From contig CM052816.1 in assembly GCA_028534125.1 (NCBI GenBank), positions 37,016,001-37,080,000 of the forward strand: a stretch of DNA of 64,000 nucleotides. Direction: 5' to 3'. How positions within the stretch are numbered: the first letter of the stretch is position 1; the number at the start of each line of letters is the position of its first letter. Under the pieces are notes generated by a model, which worked only from the letters and a program-made list of their open reading frames with translations, ran no database searches and was not told the origin of the DNA. Below, piece after piece: positions 1 to 13,019 of the stretch. The DNA comes from Lama glama (Eukaryota). The position numbers and the translations under genes were made by a program.

Positions 1-247
1 CTCTTTGTCCCTTTTACATGGGATAAATGGTGATTTCTTACATGCTGATTTCTAGTCATTTTGTTTAAATTTTTATGAAGCATTGTTAATTTTATCTATA
101 TTAGTTTTCTTCAGTTTGTTCTATCTTCTAGCTCCATGACAAAATGACTTTAATGTTGAGCCACTATGTTCTATACTCCTTGCCTGCTATCATTTCTCCC
201 AATCTATTTACCATCGTATTCATTTTATTTCTGTGTATTTCTCATTC

Positions 248-301
248 TGTGTGTGTGTGTGTGTGTGTGTGGGTGTATGTGTGTGTGTGTGTATATATAT
301 T

Positions 302-355
<54 letters not shown>

Positions 356-356
356 C
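248..356. repeat. Compound microsatellite (TG)n-(TA)n-(TAGA)~13
   Basis: Read directly: TG run from 248, short TA run, then an uninterrupted TAGA run at 302-355. Confidence 0.98.
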
Positions 357-1614
357 ATTAAGTATATGTGTTCCGTCAGGTGATTATTTTCATACTGATT
401 CTTCCAGTTAACACTTCCAGTGTTACTTTGAATTGTACCATGGTTAGGATTTAATTCATTATATCCTAGTTTCATAGATTCAACACATTTTCTTTTAATC
501 TCCTTGAGAAGAGAAAAAAGTAATTTTGTATACTGTATGTACATTTCCTGTGAAAGATCTATATTTGAAAGAACTTGGAGTAACACAATATACAGAGATA
601 CTTTATTCTTCAGTAACTGTGAAACATTTCAAAGTGTAAGTGTATCATTTCAATGTTTATATTTTTAAATAGCCTCTTTCCTACTACATATTGTCCTGGG
701 AACTCATGGCTATGACTTCCTGTGCTGCATTTGCTTTCCATCTTCCATAAATTTCCTCCATGAATGCTTTCTGTGATTTGTACATTTGTTTCCTCCATAC
801 ATGACTTGAAATTCTATATTTACTAATGATTTCCCTCTACTTCTCATCATTCTTTAAGGTTTTCTGTTTCCTATTTTCTTTTCTAATATTTTCCTGGGAT
901 ACCATGAGGGAAAAATGAACAAATTAATGTAGATAATTTCCTATAATGCTCAGAAGTTTTAATAGTTCTCTGTGTCATTATAGTTATTTAACTTTAGTGT
1001 CTAATATAGGTGCATCTATTTTCTGACATATTTTTCTCATACTTGATTTGCTAGTCATTAATATCAAAATACTCGTAATTCTCAAAAAATAACTATTTTA
1101 ATGCTTGAAAATGATATATGGTGGGGAAAGACAGCTGTTCATGGTACTGAAGTCCCTTCTCCAGGCTGATACATTTCTGGGGCTAAACTCTGGTGATCTG
1201 GAATGTCTTTCCACCAACCTACATCCACTATGTTCCTGTTCATCACTTAGCTTGGAGGCCAAAACCAGTCCTTGATGGAAGAATTTTCTCAGTAGGAACC
1301 AGCTGCATACCTTTAATATGCTCTTATTTGAAGGTGGTGCTGTTTCTCGAAAGCTTGTCCCATCTACTTTGTTCTGAATTAGTCACCCATTATGGTGCCA
1401 GTGTTAGGGAAGTGATTCAGATCAATTGATATTTTCTCTTAGGATGACTTATTAAAATAGTAAATGCTGGCAGATGATGGTTTCATTTCTGATTTTCATA
1501 AGAAAATAGACCCTGGGGGTGCTAGCATTTTAACTTTTCGCTATTGTTCCATAAGTTCTAGTAAACCTATTTTTCTTTTCTTTTCCTATTTCATTACTTT
1601 ATAATTATAGCTGA

Positions 1615-1770
1615 TTTTTATTGGGGAGAATACTTTTATGTCAGATATTGTGCTAAGTTCTTTACATATATTATTTCATACAATCTCATAAAAACCTATG
1701 CTATTATCAATGTATTATTTTAAAGAGAGGGAACTAAATCTCTTAGAATTTATATAGTTACCCCAAAAAG
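1615..1770 (-). mobile_element. MIR SINE fragment, left part, interrupted by an LTR; resumes at about 2288-2350
   Basis: Antisense MIR core-like text 'gtgctaagttctttacatatattatttcat...gagagggaactaa...gttacccc', continuing as 'acaaattactaaagtgg...aaattcaaatcta' after the LTR. Confidence 0.65.
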
Positions 1771-2287
1771 TATAGTCCTTGATTCTTCTCATACCCAAAA
1801 GACAAGTTTACAGTCATAAGACGGTGTGTGGTGTGGTGAAAGATTTAAAAGATTTGAAAAAAAGGAAAAGTACACCCTCAAGAACCAGAGGCAGGCTGAT
1901 CTAAGGGAGGAAAAGCGGGGGTTTTTGTCTCCCCTTTCTCTTACACCCTGGCTCAGAGGTGGTCTCTTGATTGATTGACGGCTTTATTCCTGGAGTGCTT
2001 AGTCATGTTTGGCCCCTTTTGCGCATGGTGTACATAGAAAAACCCATGGTGAGGGGAGGCTAAACCACAATGCTCATTATAATACAGTGAACATTGACTT
2101 GTGTCTGGTTAAAGCCTTTCTTCTACCTCACAGTCACGGCTGTTGGGTTTTAAGCAGTTACTCGCTGGCACTCATTTAGAAGTAAAGTCCCTTTATGCTG
2201 GAGGCGGACATAACACCATCTTCCAGACCAATCTCCCTCTCCTCCAAGCTATCTGCCTGATGCCCCCACTTATCTAACTACCTAACA
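1771..2287 (-). mobile_element. Solo LTR, probably ERV1 class
   Basis: Minus strand begins TGTTAGGTAGTTAG and ends ...gaatcaaggactata (decayed CA). AATAAA on the minus strand at 1983-1988, TATA-like TTAAAA near 2150, about 520 bp, higher GC/CpG than flanks. No clear TSD. Confidence 0.75.
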
Positions 2288-2489
2288 ATACAAATTACTA
2301 AAGTGGACACTACTGATAAACGACACAGTCAGAAATCAAATTCAAATCTATGAATAGGCATGGATGCGGTGTTATACAATCTTTTTCACTGTAGTCGGAA
2401 TAAAGTAGAAAACAGTTACTTTTACTTAACTTTTGTAACTTTCTATGTTCCTCTATTTTCTTAACCGAGTTATGTTTTTATTTGATCTT

Positions 2490-4594
2490 ATTTTTAAAAA
2501 TTATTTATTTATTTTATTTTGTACAATTTTGAAAAGTTACTTTCCACTTACAGTTATTGTGAAATATTGTCTATATTCTTCATGTTGTACACTACATCCT
2601 CAAGCCTTATACCCAATAGTTAGTACCTCCCACTCCCCCAACTCTATACTGCCCCTCTCCCCTCCAATGGTAACCACTAGTTTGTTCTTGTGAGTCTGTT
2701 TCTTTTTTTTGCTATAGTCATTAGTTTGTTGGATTTTTTTAGATTCTATGTATAAGTGATATCATATAGTATTTTTGTTCTCCTAACTTAATTCACTTAG
2801 CATAATTACCTCCAAGTTCATGTACGTTGCTGTAAATGGCAAAATTTTTTCTTTTTATGGCTGAGTAGTATTTCTTTGTATATGTATACCACATCTTCTT
2901 TATCCATTCATCTGTTGATAGACAGGTTGTTTCTGTATCTTGGCAATTGAAAATAATGCTGCCATAAATACTGGGATACAAGTATCTTTTCTAATTAGTG
3001 GGGTTTTTTTTTGGTGGGTTTTTGGGATATATACGCAAGAATGGAATTGCTTTATGGTAGTTCTATTTTTAGTTTTATGAGAAATCTCTATACTGTTTTC
3101 CACACTTGCTGCACCAATTTACATTTCCAACAACAGTGTAAAAGGGTTCCTTTTTTCCCACATTGTCACCAATATTTGTTATTTGTGGTCTTTTTGATGA
3201 AGGCCATTCTGAGAGGTGTGAGGTGATATTTCATAGTGGTTTTGATTTGCACTTCTCTAATAATTAGTGACATTAAGCATCTTTTCATGTGCTAGTTGGC
3301 CATCTGCATTTCCTCTATAGAAAATGTCTATTCAGGTCTTCTGCCTTTTTTTTTTTTTAAATTGGATTGTTTACCTTTTTGATGTTGAATTGTATGAGCT
3401 GTTTATATATGTTGGATATTAATCCCTTATTGGTCATATCATTTGCAAATATTTTCTCCCATTCAGTAGGTGGCCTTTTTGTTTTAATGGTTTCCTTTGC
3501 TGTACAAAAGCTTTTTAAAGTTTAATTAGGTCACATTTGCTTATTTTTGCTTTTATTTCATTTACATTAGGAGACAGATCCAAAGAAATATTGCTGCAAT
3601 TTATGTCAAAGAGTGATTTGCCTATGTTTTCCTCTAGGAGTTTTATAGTATCTGGTCTTACATGTAGGTCTTTAATCAGTTTTTGAGTTTACTTTTGTAT
3701 ATGCTGTTAGAGAATGTTCTAATTTCATTTTTCACATGTAGCTGTCCAGTTTTCCCAGCACCACTTACTGAAGAGACTGTCTTTTCTTCACTGTATGTTC
3801 TTACCTATTTTGTCATAGATTAATGGACCATAAGTGTGTGTGGGATTTTTGGGCTCTCTAACCTGTTCCACTGATCAATGTCTCTGTTTTTCTGCCAGTA
3901 CCATACTATTTTGATTGCAGTAGCTCTGTAGTATAGTCTGAGGTCAGAGGGCATGATTTCTCCTGCTCTGTTCTTCCTTCTCAAGATTGTTTTGACTATT
4001 CAGGATCTTTTATATTTCCACATAAATTTTTAAATTATTTGTTCTAGTTCTGTGAAAAATGCCATTGTTATTTTGATAGTGATTGCATTGAATCTATAAG
4101 TTTCCTTGCGTTGTATGGTCATTTTAACAATATTGATTCTTCTAATCCAAGAACATAGTGTATGTTTCCATCTGTGTCATCTTCAATATCTTTCATCAGT
4201 GTTTTATAGTTTCCAGAGGATAGTTCTTTTGCCTCCTTAGGTAGGTTTATACCTAGGTATTTTATTCTGCTTAATGCAATGAAAATCAGATTGTTTCTTT
4301 GATTTCTTTTTATGATACTTTGTTATTAGTGTATAGAAATGCAACAGATTGCTTTCTATTAATTTTGTATTCTGGAACTCTATCAAATTTATTGATGAGC
4401 TCCACTAGTTTTCTGGTAGCCCCTTTCAGATTTTCTATGTATAGTACCATATCATCTGCAAACAATGACAGTCTCACTTCTTGCTTTCCAATATGATTTG
4501 GTTTTATTTTGTTTTCTTTGTTTGCTGTGGCTATGACTTCCAAAACTATGTAGAGTAAAAGTTGCATGAGTAGGTGTCCTTGTTTTGTTCCTGA
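2490..4594 (-). mobile_element. LINE-1, 3' UTR and 3' half of ORF2 (decayed)
   Basis: Minus-strand ORFs give ORF2 motifs 'SGTKQG..LEV..LSLFADDMVLYIENLK' (4310-4606) and 'STDEWIKKMWY..YYSAIKR' (2793-2981). T-rich tail on the left. Confidence 0.97.
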
Positions 4595-5665
4595 GAACAA
4601 GAACAAGAAAAATCTAAAGTAAACAACCTAATGTTATACCTAAAGGAACTAGAGAAAGAAGAACAAATAAAACTCAAAGTTATTAGAAGGAAAGAAATAA
4701 ATCATAAAGATCATTGCAGAAATAAATGAAATAGAGACTAAAAAATAATAGAAAAGATCAATGACAATAAAAGCTAGTTGTTTAAAAAGATAAATAAAGT
4801 TGATAAACTATTAGCCAGACCCATCAAGATAAAAAAGGAGAGGGCTCAAATCAATAAAACCAGAAATTAAAAAGAAGTTACAACTGACACCACAGAAAAA
4901 CAAAGGATCATAAGAGACTATCACGAACAACTATATGCCAATAAAATGGACAAACTAGAAGAAATGGACAAATTCTTAGAAAGGTACAACCTCCCAAGAT
5001 GAACCAGGAAGAAATAGAAAATATGAACAGATCAACTACCAGTAGTGAAATGAAATGAGTAATTGAAAAACTCCGAACAAATGAAAGTCCAGGGCCAGAT
5101 GATTTCACAGGTGAATTCTACCAAACATTTAAAGAAGAGATAACATCTATCCTTCTTAAAGTATTCCAAAAAATTGCAGAGGATAGAACACTTTGAACTA
5201 ATTCTATGAGGCCAGCATCACCCTAACACCAAAACCAGACAAAAATATCACAGACAAAAAAAGAAAGAAAATTACAAGCCAATGTCAATGATGAACATGG
5301 ATGCAAAAATCCTCAACAAAATAGTAGAAAACCACATCAAACTACACATTCAAAGGATCATACAGCATGATCAAATGGGATTTATCCCAGGGATGCAAGA
5401 AATTTTCAATATCTGCATATCAATGTGATACACCACATTAACAAATTGAACAAAAAATCCATGTGATTATCTTAGTAGATGCAGAAAAAGCTTTTGATAA
5501 AATTCAACATCTCAGTATGATAAAAACTCTCCAGAAAGTGGGCATTGAGGGAACATACCTCAATGTAATAAAGGCCATATATACAAACCCACAGCTAACA
5601 TCATACTCAATGATGAAAAGCTGAAAGCATTTCTTCTAAGATTAGGAACAAGATAAGAATGTCCA
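4595..5665 (+). mobile_element. Inverted 5' segment of the same L1 (ORF2 linker to N-terminal part of RT)
   Basis: Sense ORF2 text 'ctaaaggaactagagaaagaagaacaa', 'ccagggccagatgatttcacaggtgaattctacc', 'gggatttatcccagggatgcaa', 'gatgcagaaaaagcttttgataaaattcaacat', ending at 'ttaggaacaagataagaatgtcca'. Confidence 0.95.
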
Positions 5666-6394
5666 TTGGGTTATACTTTTAAAAACTCAAAAATTGATTT
5701 ATTCTGTCTTGTCCACTTTAATAATAAAAATCAAGATACTCTTTTTAAGAATTCTAGAATAAACTTTAAAGTCTAATTCTTTAGTGCATGAAAAAGGTAA
5801 ATACATAGTGTCTTTTGCTGGAATTCCTTTGTGTCCTCTCAGGTTGGAAGATTGCTGACATATGAAATAGTACCATGTTTGCATAACCTGATATCTTTGC
5901 AAAGAAGAGAGTTGTCTGAATACTTTTCATTTCATATTTCCATCTAGATATGATTTATATACATATATTTTACATTGCAGCAGAGTTATGGCTGATTATC
6001 CCTCTTATGGTTATTTTATTTTATGAGAACTTACTTATATTTGTTAAGTACAATATGTGTATTTGAAAATAAACAATGCAAAACAGATCATTACTAATTG
6101 CTCTATGTAGAACTTACCAGGGAGATTTTAAAAAAAAATTTAAAACACACAGCAATTACCAAATAACTTGCAAATTAGAATCATCAGTTCTTACATGTTG
6201 AACTCTTCCAGTCTGTGCAAAAAGGTTTTGGGGTCATTTTACACTTTCTTCCTCATTTCTGTAGATTTCTTTGTGTCATGAACTTATCTTTGATGTTAGT
6301 GGAACCACTAATCTTGGATTAGTTCAATGAGTAAATCCAAAGTGAAATTGGCTTATTTGGTTATACTGGGATCTAGCAAAAATAAATACTCTGC

Positions 6395-6855
6395 TAAAGA
6401 GCTAATGCTATAACAAAGAACCACAAACTGAGTGACTCAGAAATTTATTGTCTCATTGCTCTAGAGGCTAGAAGTCCAAAATCAATGTGTTGGCTCCCTC
6501 TGTGTTATCTCTAGGGAAGAATCCTTCCTTACTTTTTCTAGGTTCTTAGAGGGGCTGTAATCTTTGGTGTTCCTTGATTTGCAGATACATCATTCCAATC
6601 TCTACATCCATTGTTACATGGCATTATTCCTCTATGTCTGTGTCTTTGTATGCCATCTTCTCCCTGTAATTATGTCTTTTCCTAAAAAGGACATCAGTCA
6701 TATTAGGTTAAGGACCTCCTTATCCCAATGTTTCCTCATCTTGACTTAACTAATTACAGCTACAAAAACTCTATTTCCAAGTAAGTTCACATTCTGAAGT
6801 ACTGGAGTGTAGAATGTCAACATACCTTTTTGAGGGACACAATTCAACTTGTAAA
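6395..6855 (-). mobile_element. MaLR LTR (MLT1B/C-like)
   Basis: Hallmark text 'aacaaagaaccacaaactg..agaaatttattgtctc..ctagaggctagaagtccaaaatcaa' and terminus 'gggacacaattcaac'. Confidence 0.85.
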
Positions 6856-8489
6856 TGCCATGCTATATATTACACGTTAAGCCTTAAAAAACTATAGTTG
6901 TCCCTTATGGATTGAGTTCTCTGCATATGAGACAATCCAGGTAAGACTAACACATGGAATCTGATGTCAGACAGTCAAGAAATAACAAATATTTACAAAA
7001 AATGTATAAGAGAAGTCTTCTGAGAGCATTTTTTGAATTTTCATTTATAATAGATATAAAAATTATGAAAATTTTCTCTCACTTTTTCTATATTTACTTT
7101 ATAGCCTTTTTGTTACTAGAAAATAAGATTTTATTTCAAAATATATTCTAATAAAACCTTTGATTTCTTCATATGGTGCATATGAACTATCTAACCTCTT
7201 GTTCAACTTTGCTTGATATCCACTGACATTAGGGAACTATATTCAATTTATTTTTAACATAAAGAAAATTATATAACAGATGTTTTTGCATCTTATGTAT
7301 AGATACAATGTTACTTTTACTTTCAGTGTAGTATCATTTTCTTTTATCAAGGTGAAGCTGAAACACTCAAACAACATATAAATGGAAAAAATTGATTATT
7401 AAGTCATAGAGGAACAAGCTGCATGGTTGATAATATTTCCTAAATGAGTTTTGATAGGTTCACTGGCCTATTGATCAGCATTTAAATTACTATAAAGATA
7501 TAAAATTTTAGTATTCTAACATAAATTTCAAATATAAGCCACACATTAATAATCTCAGTTCTATTTAGATGTATACTTCTACAGTTATTATATTAAATCG
7601 CCCTTTTGAACATTATGGCTAAAATCTTTAAAATTTTTTTCATAGTTCAGAGTTCCCAGCAGAAAATTTGTGCATTCAATAATTATACTGGAAGATTCAT
7701 TCAGAGCATATAAGCCAAAGTAACAATTAGTTGGACATTTAAGTGGCATCGTCATCAGAGAGATATGCAAATGTGATATGACACATTCAGTGAAATGCAA
7801 GTGGTTTACTGTGGCTACAGAGGTGTATGCCTGTGAGTGCTAATTTGATGACACTAGCAAGCTGTAGATTATCTCATGTTTGAAGGGGTATATAAGCTCA
7901 ATGAAGGAAGTTTACTTGTTTTTTTAAAAAGCCACAGGAAAGTAAAATTTCATATTTTATGCAGATCAATAACAGGATTAGATGCGCTTTATTAGATCCT
8001 CCTTCCAGAACTACTATTATTAGTAGCAGTGTGGCAGTTCCTGTAAAAAGCAGGAAAATTAATTACTTAAATCCATGTAAGAAATGATGTGAGCTTAAGC
8101 AAAGTAGCAGCAGCGGAAATAGAAGGAAAAAATACTTTTAGGCATTGAGGGCTGATTGTATGCAAAGGGATGAAAAAGATAAAAGAGAATAGAGTATTTC
8201 CTAAATTTATTTCTTTGAAAAACTCAAGGTCCTTGAAATTCACTGAGATGAAAGGTATAGAAAGAGGAGCAGAATGGTATAACCATATAATAATTATGGT
8301 TTTAACATGCTGATTTGAGTACCTATGGAACATACTAGGAGATATTTATGGCAGGCAGGTGAATATACACATTTTATTATACATTACACATTGCATTATA
8401 TATTACAGGCAGGTGGATATACGCATTTTAAGCTCATGAGAGAGGCCTATACTAGATATAACCTGCTAATTATCATTGTTTTCGGAAGC

Positions 8490-8610
8490 TTAGAATGTAA
8501 GCCTCTTGAGAAGCTAAGACTGGGTTTGCTTTGTTTATTACTGTATTTCCAGCTGCTAGTAAAATTTCTTCAATTAGACTTTCAATAAATATTTGTTGAA
8601 TGAATGAATC
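8490..8610 (+). mobile_element. L2 3' end
   Basis: 'tagaatgtaagcctcttgag...ctgtatttccag...caataaatatttgttgaatgaatgaat'. Confidence 0.75.
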
Positions 8611-10484
8611 AGTTTGTAGTTGACTTTTAGTCACAGGTGTTGATGAAATCACCTGAGTAGACTATATAGAATGAGCAGAGCCAAGGGCCAAGAGCAGAAC
8701 CATGAGGAAAATAATTTATGTCCATTACATACAATTGAAGTTTGGGGAGGAGTAGCCACTGAGTTAAATGGAAACCCAGAAAATGAAGTATTCAGGGATA
8801 AAAAAAAAGGAGAGGATTTCATAAAGATTGTCAGAATGAAGTCAGGAGCTACAAGAGGTCAAGTGAGGAAACAAAGAAAAAGGATCTGCTGCTCCTCATG
8901 TCAACACAAAGATCAGAAGTGACCATAATGAGAATGGTTATTCGAGTGATTAGACAGAAGTTAGATCAATGTATGCTGAGTGCTAAAGGAAAAAGGAGCA
9001 AGTGGAAAATCTTAACTTACTTGCACTTATACAAAGGTAAAATATGAATTATAGCCGAAGCAAGGTATAAAATTAGCTATTGTATACTAACTGGAATGAG
9101 GCAGTAAAATGGAAAAGATGAGGGATCCGAGAAAGAGCAGGCAAAAGAAGTGCAAATTTATGAAATTTAAGTTTCAAATGCCATTTCTACGTTGATTTAA
9201 TAGTGCGTTTCTGAATACATGCACGTTGTTGAGTGGGCAGTTATACATAGGAGGATTAGACGCATTTTTAGTTAAGAGGGTTTTGGTCAGTGTCTTGCAG
9301 TAAATGCTAATGAGGCACACTGCATACATTGAGACTGATTTTCATTTGTGCATCAGTCCTGTTAATAATAGCATCTAATTAAGACATTCATTAAAAGTCT
9401 ATAATGTTAACTTAATGGGAAAAAAAATCCAATAGAATGTCATTAGGTTCTCCTTGTTACCTTAAAATTATACAAGTTTAACAAATGCCTTAATTAGTTG
9501 GTGAAAGAAAGGAATATTATACAGTTTAATTTAGTATTATTTACTGTAGGGAATAGCATTTTATAGTGCTAATGCTTTGTTTTAGTGATTTATGGTATAC
9601 TAGATATATTTTAAAATAGCTAATAATTGATTTAATTATAGGTCAGTCAATTAAGTTTCTTTGGAGGACGTGGAAATATAATTTATAAAAAAAAATTCTA
9701 GAGAATGCTTATAAGACAGCCTCTGTAACAGTTCTTGTGGAGGTAAAATTCTCATTATTTTGTTTCCTTCAGAACATAAAGTTCAGGTTGATGATAGAAA
9801 TTTGCTTAGTTTTCAAAAATTGTTGACATTATGCTGTATTAGAGCAAAGAAGAAAGAACACAGCACAATTTTGTAGAGACAAAAGACTTTTGGATTCATG
9901 CAGTAGGTACAGTCATGATGCTTTTAGTTCCTGTTGCAGCTGTAGTTAAACATTTTTCCCCTTAATTTTAATCCTGTGATTTTCTGTTTTTTATATATTT
10001 TGTTTTCCTCTTAAGAGGTATTTTGATGAGTAATATTTTACGATCAATGACGTTAATAGTAATTAATTTTTAATAGTGACATTAATAAAAATATTCACCT
10101 GCAAATAGCCCATAATAAAAGACTTGACGCAGTTCTACAACCAAAAATCAAAGAATCTGGAGAAGGCTTACTTCAAGGGAACTGATACTTGAATGTGAAC
10201 TAAAGGTCATAACACTTCTGAGTAAGTTCTGAATGCTAAATCATTAATTAAAATCTATGAACTTAGGGACAGGTCTTTTCCTTTATGATTCAGATGATAT
10301 AAAAAGTGTTTGGGAAAATACTCTATGAAATATCTATTCAAAACCCAAGTAGTTTCTATAATCTGATGCCATTCTAGATATGAAAGAATTATAAGCCATG
10401 TCTCCTGGATTGTCAGTCTGGGAATCTTGACTGGCCACTATAAAATGGCGATTATAGTTTTCATTTAAGTTTGTACCAAAGATT

Positions 10485-10880
10485 TACCTTAAGTAAGTTT
10501 CCTCAGAAGCAAAGCCTGAGGTGGGATTCTTGATTAAGTGCTGTACTGGGAGCGCGAGGGAAGCACCATTGAGGAAAGAAAAAAAAAGTAAACTAAGAAT
10601 GCCCTTTCACTTGGAGACTAGCTGCAGTTCGATCACACAGGGAAGCACTGAAGCATGAGTTGCACCACAGCGCTAGTACCACCTTGAAGCTGGAGGAGGA
10701 CTTTTTAGTCCCTGGTGTCTGTTAGTTGGCTCAGGGCTGCCTCGGAGCAGGAGGAAGAAGCCATGGGCTTGGACGTGCAGCACACAAGCATCCCAACATC
10801 TGAGGACAATCACTGGGTAAAGGAGGGAACCTGGAGTGGTTAGCTAACACTCACAGCAGCTGGAAAAGCATTTCTGGGTG
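10485..10880. mobile_element. Old ERVL-type LTR (LTR16-like)
   Basis: GC-richer block starting 'cctcagaagcaaagcctgaggtgggattc', similar to LTR16-family termini as I recall them. Confidence 0.55.
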
Positions 10881-13019
10881 TTTATTTGGTAAGAAGTCAT
10901 TCTTCTTTACTTACTGAAATGTTCCCTTACTCCTTGGCTTTACCTAGACTTCCTGAATTATTAGAAAGACGTTAGCTAGGCAAAGTTATTAGAGACACTC
11001 TTTGAGTGTCTGTAAGTGCCAATAGTTGAGTTTCAAACTATTTCACATGCATATTGTTTTCCCATTTAATGAAATTTAAAATGTGATGTAGTCTCAGATT
11101 GTATCTTTTATGATTTTTATACCCCAAAATGCCCAATTCAGAATTTACTGATTAAAGAAATAAACATGTGAACAGAGACTGACCACAAGTTCTAAGTATA
11201 TTATCAGAACATTTTTACAGACTAAAATAAAACTGCCAAGCACACTGTGATAGCTGTTCCATTTTGTTAAAACTTCACCAAAACACATGCCAAATAGTAC
11301 AGATGTAGCAGAAGAGTTAAAAAATATGGAAAAATAAATATATTACAACATATTTTGTCCAAGTCAATAAAATATTTTATATACAATAGCTGATTATACT
11401 TTAAAATATTTTTCATTTTTTATGTAAATGTACATTGTTGTTCCTAGTTCATCACAATTTCTGGAAAAGCTTTCTACAGGGACGTTTGTGAGACAAACTA
11501 ACCCCGCTGCTGCTATAATTTGCCTAGTGCATAGTTGACACTCTTTACCTTTATTTTGGGCGGGATACTTTGAAGGCAGCCCTAATCTCTGTTATCTGCC
11601 TCAGAGATGTGATATTGTTGTTGATTTACTATCTCAGTGGGCAGCTCTGTGTGTGGGAGGACAGTTTCAGCATGGATAAGGCAATACACAAAGTAATTCA
11701 GAGCCTAACAAATTTATTTAAACATATGTCAGTTGAAGCAAACAAACGCAAATTACAAAGTCAAACTCAGGAACAAACAATAGCTTAAAATTAAGGGTAG
11801 TTAATGAAGGATTCACCGAGGAGGTCAGAAATGACAACAGGTGTTCAAAGAATAGTAGAAATTGGACAGAGGGGCATAGGAGAGTTTTAAAATATGAAGA
11901 TAAAATGATGTATGGGAGCAGAGATGTGAAATGCATGTGTTGTGAACAGTAGATCAGGTAGGCTGGAATTGGGTGCTGTTGTATAGAAAGAGAAAAAAAG
12001 TAACAGTAGGAAGAGGATTGTGGAAGGTCTTGCATAACAAGCTCAAGGGATTATTCTCATTTAGAGAACAAAAATATTTGACAGATCTTTGAAATATAGA
12101 ATGAGATGAACACATTTGGACTTGTAAAGAGGAACATGGCCACAGTATACTGAATGGCATTTACATGGTAAAGAAATGATTTAGAGAGCAAAGTTGAGCA
12201 ACAATTTAATGTGGTTCTGAAGTAGACACCCTAAAAATACAGGAAAGATTTAATTTTGTAATGGCTATTGAAAAAAATTGCAGATGTTCCAATCACATTT
12301 CGCATTACATACAGAGTTCTTTTCATTGCAACCATATCACAGATGTCACTGACAGGCTAAATCCCACCTCTTCCTCCAAGGAAATAAAGAAGAAAGGGTG
12401 TAGATATGTGCTAGATGCATGTATTTCTGCTGTTTCTTAGCCCAAACAACATATGTGCGTATATGCTATTGGTAAGATTTCCATTCTTATTTCAAAATAA
12501 TGTTGAGGTCATAAAGGTCATTGCAGTGATAACAAAACTGAACCATCTTGAGATTTAGGATATTTATATAATTTTTTTTGATTCCATGTTTCATGGATTG
12601 CAGAATCAAAACTTACTACAGACAAATTGTAGAAAACTAAAAATGAAATTTTACACAATGCCAAAACAGAAACACAGCAATCAATTGGCTGCATCATGGA
12701 GAATGTAGAATAAATGGGCTTCAATAGGAATTAAACTGTTTTGATTCAAAGTGTTCTTGTATTTATAAGTGTAGTTTCTTTAGCTCATAAATGAGATTGT
12801 GAACATTAAGGGTTATCTTTGCAACCATAATATCATGCACTATGTACAGAGTTTTCAAATAGTGTGTTCTAAATTGGATTATTAATATTTAATTGAAAAA
12901 GTCCAAAGAAAAGAACAAAGAAGACTGTCTGCCACTTACAAAGGGATTGGATTCCTAAAAGTCACATAAAACAGTGACTTAGAACACTACATGCATAGTT
13001 CTCTTTAAAGTATCAAAAA

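Noticed and set aside
242..586. 114-aa minus-strand ORF
   Set aside because: The C-terminus (YLSI and TH repeats) is just the translated microsatellite, and there is no recognisable domain.
9772..9906. Possible plus-strand coding exon (ttccttcag acceptor, gtacag donor)
   Set aside because: All three frames contain stop codons and there is no other support. A non-coding exon cannot be excluded.
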